Assembly: GCA_048213135.1 (NCBI GenBank)
Contig: PS015010.1
Location: 992,001 to 1,056,000, forward strand
Source of the DNA: Reclinomonas americana ATCC 50394
Lineage: Eukaryota
Direction: 5' to 3'
DNA: 64,000 bases
Made by a program: the position numbers and the translations under genes. Shown one piece after another: positions 29,714-39,144 of the stretch; positions within the stretch are counted from its first letter, which is position 1, and every line of letters begins with the position of its first letter. The notes below the pieces were generated by a model. That model did no database searches. It was not told where the DNA came from and saw nothing but the letters and a program-made list of their open reading frames with translations.

Positions 29714-30831
29714 ATGAGTTATTTTTTTGTCACTGGCATTTCGATTGCATTATTTCTGACTGCAATATTATTAACGAAAAAAAGAAGTATACTACTGATT
29801 TTATTCTTGCCGGGTTATTAATTTTTGCGGCCCAAACTATTTTTCATTCACTTCTATTGGAAACGGGGTTGTATTTAGCTTTTCCAGACTTATTTGTTAT
29901 TGGCTTCCCCAGTCCCATAATAGTCACCATATTCTTATATTTATATACCAGGTACCAAACCCACAATATTCGGTTTCAATGGCGTGATCTTTGGCATTTC
30001 GTACCTGCTGCAATTATCTTCCTGATTTATACTGATTTTTTCTTTTTAAGCCATTCTAAGAAACTGGCTGTTATGCAATCAGAAGGGGCAGATTATGAAT
30101 TACAAAACTTATTAAGAATATCGGTAATTTATATTTCTGGTATTATTTATTGTTTTTTGTCGCTCTGGATTCTATTTAAATACCGTAGAAATATCAAAAA
30201 TGAATTTTCGAATACAGAGCGGATTGAATTCAACTGGCTGGTATTTCTGATAATCGGAATATTGACAATTTGGTTGATAGTTCTGTTTGGACAAAGCGAA
30301 AAAATAATTTCGACATCATCTACTATTTTTGTGATTTTGCTTGGTTATTTCGGCATCACACAGGTAAATGTTTTCGGGTCAAAAGTTGCTACTGTCCCCA
30401 CTGAGATTTTAATAAATGATGAAAAAGAGCAAGAGCCCGATACACTATACCATCCGGTCAAATACCAATATTCCAATTTAAGTGAGGACGAATCTTTGCA
30501 AATACATGAGGAGTTATTGAAGATTTTAGAAAGAGAAAAGCCATTTTTAAATCCGGAGCTAACCTTGTCAGAATTGGCAAAACTGATACCTACCCATCCC
30601 AATAAATTATCTGAGGTTATCAACAAATACGAGCAAAAGAATTTTTATGACCTCATCAATGAGCGGCGTATTCAGGAATTTTTGCGGCTCATCAATATGC
30701 CCGAAAACAAGCAATATACCCTTATGTCTCTTGCCTATGATTGCGGCTTCAACTCAAAAGCTTCGTTCAACCGGAATTTTAAAAAATATACCGGAAAAAC
30801 ACCAAGTGAATACCTGAATAGCCCGCAATAA
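29714..30831 (+). CDS. Membrane-anchored AraC family regulator, apparently frameshifted at A7 tract 29777-29783
   Basis: TM-rich N-half plus PFLNPELTL...LSEVIN...AYDCGFNSKASFNRNFKK HTH; ATG 29714 frame gives MSYFFVTGISIALFLTAILLTKK, which joins the main ORF with one extra A. Confidence 0.75.
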
Positions 30832-31007
30832 TGAAAATATCAATAGTATCAATCTTCATTTAAGTAGTATCAGCCCTCACATTGTACTAATTATCAACGC
30901 TTTGTGATGGCAAAATCATTTGTATTACAGTAGCCGTTGAGACCTTGGATTGATTTTGCTTGGCGATTTTTGCTTTCTGTTTTTCAATCTCTTTTAAGAA
31001 AAGAAAT

Positions 31008-31703
31008 ATGAACATAAGTAAAAATACGGCAAGAGCTGCAGGGCTTGTTTACCTGATTGTAATAATTACAGGCATGTTTAGTCTTGCCTATATTCCTAAA
31101 AAACTTATTGACTGGAACAATGGCAGGGTAACATTCAATAATATTGCTACTTCACCTTCTTTATTCCGGCTTGGTATTTACAGCAGTATACTTTGCTATG
31201 TTGCCTTTACGTTTTTGCCACTTTTCTTATACAGGCTTTTAAGGGCTGTTAATGAGTCACACGCTAGGGCAATGGTGATATTATCATTATTAAGTGTGCC
31301 TTTGTCGTTTAACAATTTGCAACATAAATATGCAGCACTATTGCTAACTGGAAAAGAATCTCTTTTACAAAATATTTCAGTAGAAGACTTGCAAAGCAAA
31401 CTAATGTTTTCTCTTCATCAGTATAATGATGGGATTTTGCTTGCAACAGTGTTTTGGGGTCTTTGGCTTTTCCCGTTTGGATTACTGGTTTACAGGTCAG
31501 GGTTTATGCCGAAAATTTTAGGCGTTTTATTGATGTTAGGTTGCGTTGGCTATTTGATAAATTTTACCGGCAATACGATACTTGAAAATTATTCTCAAAT
31601 CGGAATAGGAAAATATATGGGTATGCTGCCAGCAGTTGCAGAAATCGGAACATGTTTTTGGCTGCTATTTTTTGGATTGCAAACAAGGAGAAATGGGAAT
31701 TAA
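31008..31703 (+). CDS. DUF4386-like membrane protein
   Basis: ARAAGLVYL...FWGLWLFPFGLLVYRSGFMPKILGVLL...EIGTCFWLL. Confidence 0.75.
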   Translation: MNISKNTARAAGLVYLIVIITGMFSLAYIPKKLIDWNNGRVTFNNIATSPSLFRLGIYSSILCYVAFTFLPLFLYRLLRAVNESHARAMVILSLLSVPLSFNNLQHKYAALLLTGKESLLQNISVEDLQSKLMFSLHQYNDGILLATVFWGLWLFPFGLLVYRSGFMPKILGVLLMLGCVGYLINFTGNTILENYSQIGIGKYMGMLPAVAEIGTCFWLLFFGLQTRRNGN

Positions 31704-32112
31704 AAAAATGCAATACCAAGATTCTGAAATTAATGTCAAGCTGATGCTTTCGGTACTTTGGACTTCCGTAATGTTTCTTTACATCTACGGCGACTATTTT
31801 GAGTTATACGTTCCTGGAAAAGTTGCAGGTCTGCTGAACGGGCAAAACATATTGAATACGCCTTACAAATTACTTTTTGCAACCATTATCTTGACTCTTC
31901 CTTCACTGATGATTTTTCTTTCACTTTTGATGAAGCCAGAATGGAATAGAGTTTTAAATATTTCAATTGGCGTATTTCTAACGCTGTTCACTTTGCTTGT
32001 GGGAGTTTCATCTTTTACTGAATGGAGGATATTTTATGTGATGCTGTCTTTTCTGGAAAGCATTATTACATCGGTCATAGTATGGAAGGCTTGGAATTGG
32101 CCAAAAGAGTAA
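31693..32112 (+). CDS. DUF6326-like membrane protein
   Basis: KLMLSVLWTSVMFLYIYGDYF.LY.PG...NRVLNI...IVWKAWNWP. Confidence 0.7.
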   Translation: MGIKKMQYQDSEINVKLMLSVLWTSVMFLYIYGDYFELYVPGKVAGLLNGQNILNTPYKLLFATIILTLPSLMIFLSLLMKPEWNRVLNISIGVFLTLFTLLVGVSSFTEWRIFYVMLSFLESIITSVIVWKAWNWPKE

Positions 32113-32179
32113 GTACTCAAGCAGCCACTGAATTTAAAAGCAATTATATTTTTTATATGACATTTCTAAAACATTTAAA

Positions 32180-32560
32180 ATGACAAGACTATTTAAAGCA
32201 GCATTTTTCACCGGCTTAATCATGTTTTTTACAGCCTCTTGCAAAAAAACAGATTCCGGTACAGATAATTCTTATCCTAAACAAGTAAGTATTGCTTACA
32301 GGGTTAGCAGCACAACCGCTAGTAGCCTTGTATCAATAACTTATGATAATGAAACCGGAGGACAGACCACTGCCAATAATCCTGTATTACCATTCACGAA
32401 AGTTATTACAAAAACTGTGGACAAATACAACATTATAACCCTTGGCTATTTTGTAAATCCTGCTCAAACAGTTAAGCTTGAAATATTAGTTAACGACCAG
32501 GTTGTAAAGTCCCAGGTATATACTTCTCCTAATTCTGCAATGTCATATACTTTTCAATAG
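32180..32560 (+). CDS. Hypothetical lipoprotein (beta-sandwich-like)
   Basis: Lipobox FTASC-KK; beta-strand-rich. Confidence 0.75.
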   Translation: MTRLFKAAFFTGLIMFFTASCKKTDSGTDNSYPKQVSIAYRVSSTTASSLVSITYDNETGGQTTANNPVLPFTKVITKTVDKYNIITLGYFVNPAQTVKLEILVNDQVVKSQVYTSPNSAMSYTFQ

Positions 32561-32569
32561 CAAATAGAA

Positions 32570-33640
32570 TTGCGTATATTATTTAAAACAGAAAATACAT
32601 ACAGCGTGAAAATATCATTTGTGATTTATTTAGTCTTTCCAATCGTTTCAGTGTTCTCTTTTTCATGTAGTAAAGAAAGGTATATTGACACTCCTGGAAA
32701 CTTAGTTCCAAAAACAGTTGACCAGGATCCTAAGCTGCCTTCAATTTCAGTTAACGGCGCGCTGCTTCATTCTGAGGCTTTTGGTCCGGAGGACAGCACA
32801 TTAGTTATATGTATCCACGGCGGCCCCGGGAGCGATTATCGCTATATGCTTAATTGCAAGACCCTGGCAACAAAAGGTTATAGAGTTGTGTTTTACGACC
32901 AAAGAGGAGCCGGGCTTTCCCAAAGATTTCCCAAAAGTTGGTATAAATCCCAAGGCAGCGATGCCATCAATAAAATATTTTATGATGAATTGCGAGGCGT
33001 GATAGCTCATTACAAAACATCTGCTTCACAAAAAGTAATTCTATTAGGGCAATCCTGGGGAGCTATGTTAGCTACAGGCTACGCTGGTAAATATCCTGCC
33101 GATGTTTACGGCTTAATAGTTGCTGAACCGGGTGGTCTAAAATGGGATGATGTGGTTGATTATATTTCCGAATCCAGGTCTTTCAAGTTATGGAGTGAAG
33201 CGTTAAATGATGCTACCTACATAGACCAGTTTATGACTGGCAAAGAAGACCAGCACGAAATCTTAGATTATAAAGCGGGCTTGATAGGCTTTACCAATGC
33301 AATAGTTGGCGACGTAGGTTCCGATTTGGGTAATAATGCACCATCCTATGTTGCATCCCGAAGCGGTGCAGTTGTTAATGCAGCATCGTATGAATTGGGA
33401 CAAGATTTTAAGCCCGATTTTTCGGCTGGTATCAATATTTTTTCTGCCAAAACACTTTTCATATATAGCTCTAACAATAAAGCTTATCCCGATAGTTGGG
33501 CGGCAAAGATTGCTGCTGCTTATCCAAACAAAGAGATTTTTAAAGCACAGGGAGTAGGTCATTCGGGTATGTTAGACCAGGTAAATTTCTGGACAACAAC
33601 TATGGAACCTAAGATTATTTCTTATATACAATCATTATAA
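32570..33640 (+). CDS. Alpha/beta hydrolase lipoprotein (proline iminopeptidase-like; start uncertain)
   Basis: HGGPG, YDQRGAGLS, GQSWG, GVGH; FSC lipobox. Confidence 0.85.
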   Translation: MRILFKTENTYSVKISFVIYLVFPIVSVFSFSCSKERYIDTPGNLVPKTVDQDPKLPSISVNGALLHSEAFGPEDSTLVICIHGGPGSDYRYMLNCKTLATKGYRVVFYDQRGAGLSQRFPKSWYKSQGSDAINKIFYDELRGVIAHYKTSASQKVILLGQSWGAMLATGYAGKYPADVYGLIVAEPGGLKWDDVVDYISESRSFKLWSEALNDATYIDQFMTGKEDQHEILDYKAGLIGFTNAIVGDVGSDLGNNAPSYVASRSGAVVNAASYELGQDFKPDFSAGINIFSAKTLFIYSSNNKAYPDSWAAKIAAAYPNKEIFKAQGVGHSGMLDQVNFWTTTMEPKIISYIQSL

Positions 33641-33648
33641 CAACAGAT

Positions 33649-34332
33649 ATGAAGGCTATTACTCTAAAATCTATTATAACAATTATTGCTTTTTCATTTT
33701 TTCAAAATAAAATGTACGCACAGGCTGTTAATTGGGAAAATACGTCTAAACAAAACAAGAACCTGTTACATGCTAATATAGGAGCAGAATATGGCGTAAC
33801 GGCTGGGTTGGGCTATCATCGTTTAATACCGGTTAAAAGGCACTCTATATGGCTTGGCGGCGAATTTTCTATGCCATTAGGAAACGAATTAGCAGATGAT
33901 TTTAAGGTGAAGGTAGGTGCACAAATAAGGATTGCTGCATTCAATAATTTTCAATTTTCGGCAAGGGTACAAGGAGTATCAAGACGCTATCACAACCAGT
34001 CTGTTACACTCTTCAATTTTGGAAGTGATTTTGCCGGAACGCTGGGCTATTATCGTAAAAAATGGTTTTTAGGAGTTGAAACCGGCTTTGATAAAGCCAT
34101 TGTTACACACTTTAAACACAGTGATTGGTACAAAAAGAATATTTATGATAATGTTCAGGATGGCTGGTATGAGCCTGCAACCGGAGGCGATTTTTACTAT
34201 GGTTTGCAAGGTGGCTTTTCTATGAAAAAAGCAGATATTACTCTAAAAGCCGGAAGAGTTTTACAGCAGGATTTTAAATCGCAACCATTGCTCCCTTTTT
34301 ATGGGCAATTAGGGGTGAATTTTAAATTTTGA
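33649..34332 (+). CDS. Putative small outer-membrane beta-barrel protein
   Basis: Signal peptide, alternating amphipathic strands, C-terminal LGVNFKF. Confidence 0.65.
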   Translation: MKAITLKSIITIIAFSFFQNKMYAQAVNWENTSKQNKNLLHANIGAEYGVTAGLGYHRLIPVKRHSIWLGGEFSMPLGNELADDFKVKVGAQIRIAAFNNFQFSARVQGVSRRYHNQSVTLFNFGSDFAGTLGYYRKKWFLGVETGFDKAIVTHFKHSDWYKKNIYDNVQDGWYEPATGGDFYYGLQGGFSMKKADITLKAGRVLQQDFKSQPLLPFYGQLGVNFKF

Positions 34333-34364
34333 AACAAAATAGGAAAGCTATAAATATTTATATT

Positions 34365-35657
34365 ATGCGAATTATTAGTGTAATATTTTGTGTAGTGATA
34401 ATCCTGAATACAAACGCCCAATCCCTGATTTATCCGGGAGATAACGCTTTCAATAAAAATCTCATAAAAACTACTCATTATGAGATGTCATACTTTGCTG
34501 TTTTGGGCCAGCAAACGCTAGAGATAAGCTCTTTTGATGTTAATGTTGAGGTTGACGGGAAAACTATCTCCGTATATACCAGGATAAATTCTCCTGCCGG
34601 AAATTCAATCTGGAGTGATACCAGCATTGCCGATATCAATACATTAAAACCAATTTATCGGTCTTCTGATAATTCCGATAAGCAATACCATATTAAATAT
34701 GGCAATGCAATTGAAGGTTATTACTATGATAAGAAGTCTAACAGAGGAAACCAGATTAAGGATAACAATAAAGGTAGCTTTTTCGATAGCTTTATTTATC
34801 CATACCTGCTCGGCGCCCTTCCTCTTGCTTCTGGCTATAAAGCAATTTTACCTGTATATGAATACAAGCCCGAAGCTAAAAATTTGATTTCAAATACCCG
34901 TATTACTGAAGTAAAAAATAGTATGTACAGAAGTGAGGTAACGGGTGAGCATGCTGTATGGCAGATAAGCGTATTTGAGGAAGGAACAAATGTGAAGTAC
35001 GAATATTATATTGATAAAGAAAGCAAGAAGCTTTGGAAAGTGGAAATATTGGCATCTAACGGCAAGCAATATTTACTTGTTGATAAAGAACTTGACTACA
35101 ATTCTTTTATTGCAAAATTTGATAGAGAACAAACTTATAAAATGGTTAGTGCCGGCTCAGCCACTATCAGCGGTCAGATTTATGCCAGGGATAATGAAAA
35201 TACTACCAAAGGGGGAATAGCCATACTTAATGTTAATAAAAAGCAATACGCACCAAAGGGAACAACTGTAGTTCTTATTCCTTATACGGATTATTTTAAA
35301 GAATGGATAGCATTGAATGAAAAACTCCGGAAAAAAGGACAAGCCGTACCGCTTTCAAAAGAAGCTGCCGGGTGTATAAAAGTAACTTCAGTATATAATA
35401 GTGATGGAAACTTTGAATTCACGAACCTTATGCCAGGCGAGTATTATTTGTTTACTGAATTCGGATATACGCATACTGCTTCACGAACAGAAGTGGTAGG
35501 CTATACCGACACTTACATTAATGGTTTGTTCCAGGGAACTACTGCTAATACCGAAGTAAACAGGTACAAAACAAGTGCTGCTGCTATTTTAAAAAAAATA
35601 GTGACCATTAATAAGGAAGGAGAAAAAACTAAAGTAAAGCTAAAGAAAACTCTTTAA
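34365..35657 (+). CDS. Secreted two-domain protein (DUF3108-like N-half plus carboxypeptidase-regulatory-like C-half)
   Basis: Signal peptide; LGALPLASGYKA, YYIDKESKKLW; DGNFEFTNLMPGEYYL. Confidence 0.6.
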   Translation: MRIISVIFCVVIILNTNAQSLIYPGDNAFNKNLIKTTHYEMSYFAVLGQQTLEISSFDVNVEVDGKTISVYTRINSPAGNSIWSDTSIADINTLKPIYRSSDNSDKQYHIKYGNAIEGYYYDKKSNRGNQIKDNNKGSFFDSFIYPYLLGALPLASGYKAILPVYEYKPEAKNLISNTRITEVKNSMYRSEVTGEHAVWQISVFEEGTNVKYEYYIDKESKKLWKVEILASNGKQYLLVDKELDYNSFIAKFDREQTYKMVSAGSATISGQIYARDNENTTKGGIAILNVNKKQYAPKGTTVVLIPYTDYFKEWIALNEKLRKKGQAVPLSKEAAGCIKVTSVYNSDGNFEFTNLMPGEYYLFTEFGYTHTASRTEVVGYTDTYINGLFQGTTANTEVNRYKTSAAAILKKIVTINKEGEKTKVKLKKTL

Positions 35658-35897
35658 TGATCAACAGAAGCTCTTTGTCTGGTTCTGGCAATGGCTAGCA
35701 TTACTTCGGAATATTAAAATAATGTACGGAGAAAGTCTCTTGCATTCAACATAAGTCCGCCCTCTCTGCAAATAATAATAAGCGCAGAAAACTGGCCCCT
35801 TTGTTTGATGATATAAATGGAGCTTGAATACTTTACCCTGAATTATTCGTTTTATGCTTTTAGTATATGCATATTCTTGTTGAATGGGGCTGTCCAG

Positions 35898-36767
35898 TTA
35901 CTGTAAAAAAACATCCAAATAATCGAATATAGTTTTTGTTTGCATCATCAGGCCGACATGGTTTTGATTGGGAACAATGGCCAGTTGCGATTTCGGCATG
36001 GGTTGCAGACCAGCGGCAACACCTCCTCCCAGCAATTGATATGTTTTTGCCAATTCGATTTTATCCATGCCATCGTTATCACCCGATATGATTAATACAG
36101 GTGCGGTGATTTTGGCGATATTGTCGTCACCCAGATTAAATGGCTCTCCGGCCGAGGCAATCATTTGCTCCACGAACCTGGTCCATTTTGTTTTATCCGG
36201 CGCTACCGCATCATAGGCGGCCTGAAGAGGTGAATTGGCAAAAAATTCCGGCTTCATGGTTTTGAAAACACTGTTTACCTCGCTTACCCAGCCTTCACTT
36301 TTATGAACAGAAGAAATGATAACCAGTTTTCTCAGCCGTTTAGGACTTTGTATAGCAAACTGGTAGGCAACCTGGCCGCCAAAACTGTATCCCGCTATAT
36401 CAGCGCTGTCAATTTTCAGGTAGTCCATCACTTTTTCCACATCACTGGCTAAAGTTGCCCGGGATAATTTTCTTTCTGAGAAAGGAGTGTGTCCGTGTCC
36501 CTGCAGTTCAAGTGCAATTACTTTTCTTGTTTTCGCCAATTCGGGGATTAATTGCCCCCAATTCATTTCAATGGTATAGTAAGCGCCATGCAGTAAAACG
36601 ACAGGCTTACCATTGCCGTATACTTCGTAATAAACCTGGGTGCCGTTAGCCGGTGCATAGCCACTGCTGGCAGGTTTGATTTGTGCATGGGATGAAGATG
36701 CTGCGGTCATAATGGTTGTAATTAGAAGTAATTGAATAAGATGGCTTACGTTGAATATATTTTTCAT
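35898..36767 (-). CDS. Secreted alpha/beta hydrolase
   Basis: Start trimmed to MKNIF; LLHGAY, ELQGHGHT, GYSFGG. Confidence 0.88.
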   Translation of the reverse strand: MKNIFNVSHLIQLLLITTIMTAASSSHAQIKPASSGYAPANGTQVYYEVYGNGKPVVLLHGAYYTIEMNWGQLIPELAKTRKVIALELQGHGHTPFSERKLSRATLASDVEKVMDYLKIDSADIAGYSFGGQVAYQFAIQSPKRLRKLVIISSVHKSEGWVSEVNSVFKTMKPEFFANSPLQAAYDAVAPDKTKWTRFVEQMIASAGEPFNLGDDNIAKITAPVLIISGDNDGMDKIELAKTYQLLGGGVAAGLQPMPKSQLAIVPNQNHVGLMMQTKTIFDYLDVFLQ

Positions 36768-37115
36768 AAAGCTGCCGGGGTTTAGTTTGATTGGCTGGTG
36801 ACCATACAAAGATCGCAGGTATTTCAGGATTCTGCAATGTGTAAAAACGACAACTTTAGGGGTGAATTCCGACAGGCAGTTGCATACAGATTCCTGATGA
36901 GTTGCAATAGAGCAATGAAGAAGAAACAGGAGAACTATGGGTATTACATTGAGCTCTTTTGTGAAGATCATTTACCAATGTCAAGAATGGTATTCGGTGG
37001 AGCAATTACAGACTTTCATTGATAACCTGCCTTTTGGTACCCGGATTGGGTGTATTTCTGAGGTTGGATGGAGTCGCCTCATTTGCATTGTTTATTTTTC
37101 AACCGGATACATGCT

Positions 37116-38333
37116 TTACTCCAGCATCTTCCGTATCGCGTCAAAGCTAAAGTTTTCCGTAAAATTATTAACCAGCCGGAGCGATGACGGTACCGGTACA
37201 TATCGGAAAGCGATCGTTATGATCTGTGGCCTGGCTTGTTGCTGTGCAGCCGGTGTAAAGTATTCCGGGTTATATTGATAAAGCGGTTCACTTTTCTTCT
37301 CACCATCGTAAAACTTCCAGAACCGCCTGTAGTTGGTTCTTTCGGTAAGTTTAGCTTTATAGTTAAGCGATGCGTCTTCTATGAGATTGACTACCGCCTG
37401 CGCTGACAACCATTCTGCCTTTTCACTGCTTAGTATTTTTTTTACGACTGCCATCTTATCATTTACATCGGCCTCCCAATTGCTGTACTGTTTTACACCG
37501 GCATCATGATCTGAAGTCAGTTTGACAACCAGTTTCTGAAAATGCAGTTTTTCTCTTTCATAGTATTCCAGCAAGCTTTGCAGGTATTCCCTGCGGCTGA
37601 CCGGGACCAGTACAGGAAGCGCCTTTTTTTTGATGAACCAATAGCGATAAACATATGTACCGCGATTGTTGGGCCTGATCTCTTTTTCCGGCACGTCCTG
37701 GAAATACCCGTTCCCGGAGTTGATGGCATCAATGAGCGACTGGTTGCTGCACGACATATAGGTAAACAAACTGATCAAACGGGCGTTAACATCCGATGGC
37801 TTATGATTTTTCCAATCCATATACTGGAAGCCAAAATCATAATCCCCCGTACTGCTGCCAAACGGGAGCCTTAAGAAACGATCCATGGTACTGAGCTGGA
37901 CCGCATTCATGTATATCCGTAAAACAGTGCTGTACTCACTGTTCCTGATTACTTTCCCCCTGGCACAAAAATATTCATACAGGGCAGATTGAAAAGTGTA
38001 GGTGCCTAACCTGGTATTCGCAAAATACCTGTACCCTTCGGTGGAGTAATAATTTTCCCAGTTGCCACCGGTAAGGTCAAAACCGGTGCGGCTTAGCAAC
38101 TCTATTTTTTCGACCTGTTCCAGCGTTCGTTTAGCCATTGCCTTATCGCCTTCCGAAACCATTTTGTTAAAGTATTCTGATCTTACGGCAGGCCAGGGGT
38201 ATTGAGCAGCAGTAAGGTATTTGCCGGGCATTGCGTCTAACTCCGTATTGCTTTTGCAATCCTGGGCAGCAACCCGGTGTGCCAATAAAAATACAGGCAG
38301 CAGGGCCATTGTAACAGCGGATACACATTTCAT
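37116..38333 (-). CDS. Secreted hypothetical protein
   Basis: 405 aa ORF with signal peptide (VAAQ); no recognised motif. Confidence 0.7.
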   Translation of the reverse strand: MKCVSAVTMALLPVFLLAHRVAAQDCKSNTELDAMPGKYLTAAQYPWPAVRSEYFNKMVSEGDKAMAKRTLEQVEKIELLSRTGFDLTGGNWENYYSTEGYRYFANTRLGTYTFQSALYEYFCARGKVIRNSEYSTVLRIYMNAVQLSTMDRFLRLPFGSSTGDYDFGFQYMDWKNHKPSDVNARLISLFTYMSCSNQSLIDAINSGNGYFQDVPEKEIRPNNRGTYVYRYWFIKKKALPVLVPVSRREYLQSLLEYYEREKLHFQKLVVKLTSDHDAGVKQYSNWEADVNDKMAVVKKILSSEKAEWLSAQAVVNLIEDASLNYKAKLTERTNYRRFWKFYDGEKKSEPLYQYNPEYFTPAAQQQARPQIITIAFRYVPVPSSLRLVNNFTENFSFDAIRKMLE

Positions 38334-38452
38334 GAATGATTGTTGTCATCATTTTTTGACACATAAAAGTAGCATGGAATCGCTGGCGTATCTATACTGA
38401 AAAAGTAGGATTTACCCGGATCTGTATACGCCAGCGTCTTTATCATCTTAAA

Positions 38453-38470
38453 AAATACCAATCGGTATAT
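38453..38470. promoter_or_regulatory. TetR operator candidate 1
   Basis: AAATACCAATCGGTATAT, near copy of the 39114 palindrome, just upstream of TATATTTG (38480-38487). Confidence 0.7.
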
Positions 38471-38493
38471 AATTTATCCTATATTTGCTTCTC

Positions 38494-39099
38494 ATGACAC
38501 AGGAAGCCTTATCAAAATCAGAACGGACACGGCAGTTTATCATTGAAAGAACCGCACCGGTGTTCAATGCCAAAGGTTTCGCCGGAACTTCGCTTAGCGA
38601 TCTTACAGCGGTAACGGGTCTTACCAAAGGAAGCATTTACGGGAACTTCGGGAATAAAGATGAAGTAGCACTCGCCGCTTTTGATTACAATTTCGGAAAA
38701 GTAACGGCCTACGTAAAAGCCAGGATACTCGCCACCGACAATGCCATCGAACGGTTATTGGTGTACCCGCAGGTGTACCGCAATTTCCTGAAGATACCTT
38801 TTCTGCAAACGGGTTGTCCTATTCTTAATACCTCCACTGAGGCAGACGATACCCATCCGCAGCTGAAAGAAAAAGCAGCTGCAGCCCTGGCATTCTGGAA
38901 AGCCTCCATCGAAAACCAGGTAAAAAGAGGAATAGAGAGAAAAGAAATCAAAACCGGCACCAACCCGTCAGAGATCGCTGTCATAACCACGTCGCTTATT
39001 GAAGGCGCTGTGATGCAGGCCAAAGTGACGAACAGATCCAATGATCTGAAAACAGCCATGAATTTCCTGGAAGGATTTATTAATAGTTTGAAAGCATAA
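38494..39099 (+). CDS. TetR/AcrR family regulator
   Basis: FNAKGFAGTSLSDL...GLTKGSIYGNFGNKDE; GCPILN. Confidence 0.92.
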   Translation: MTQEALSKSERTRQFIIERTAPVFNAKGFAGTSLSDLTAVTGLTKGSIYGNFGNKDEVALAAFDYNFGKVTAYVKARILATDNAIERLLVYPQVYRNFLKIPFLQTGCPILNTSTEADDTHPQLKEKAAAALAFWKASIENQVKRGIERKEIKTGTNPSEIAVITTSLIEGAVMQAKVTNRSNDLKTAMNFLEGFINSLKA

Positions 39100-39113
39100 T
39101 TTTTTTGACTTTT

Positions 39114-39133
39114 AATATACCGATCGGTATATT
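39114..39133. promoter_or_regulatory. TetR operator candidate 2
   Basis: Perfect 20-bp palindrome AATATACCGATCGGTATATT, 11 nt before thiolase ATG. Confidence 0.75.
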
Positions 39134-39144
39134 TTATTTGTGAT

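Larger units (their letters stand above)
28892..35770. mobile_element. AT-rich genomic island remnant at tRNA-Ser
   Basis: Abrupt shift to AT-rich codon usage after tRNA; integrase relic; right boundary approximate. Confidence 0.65.

Noticed and set aside
29776..29787. Programmed -1 ribosomal frameshift at AAAAAAAG in the AraC gene
   Set aside because: In the initiating frame the codons read AAA AAA AGA, not the A_AAA_AAG register, and no stimulatory structure is evident
36798..37110. Short plus-strand ORFs in the hydrolase-orphan spacer
   Set aside because: No recognisable motif; may be a gene remnant but cannot be supported
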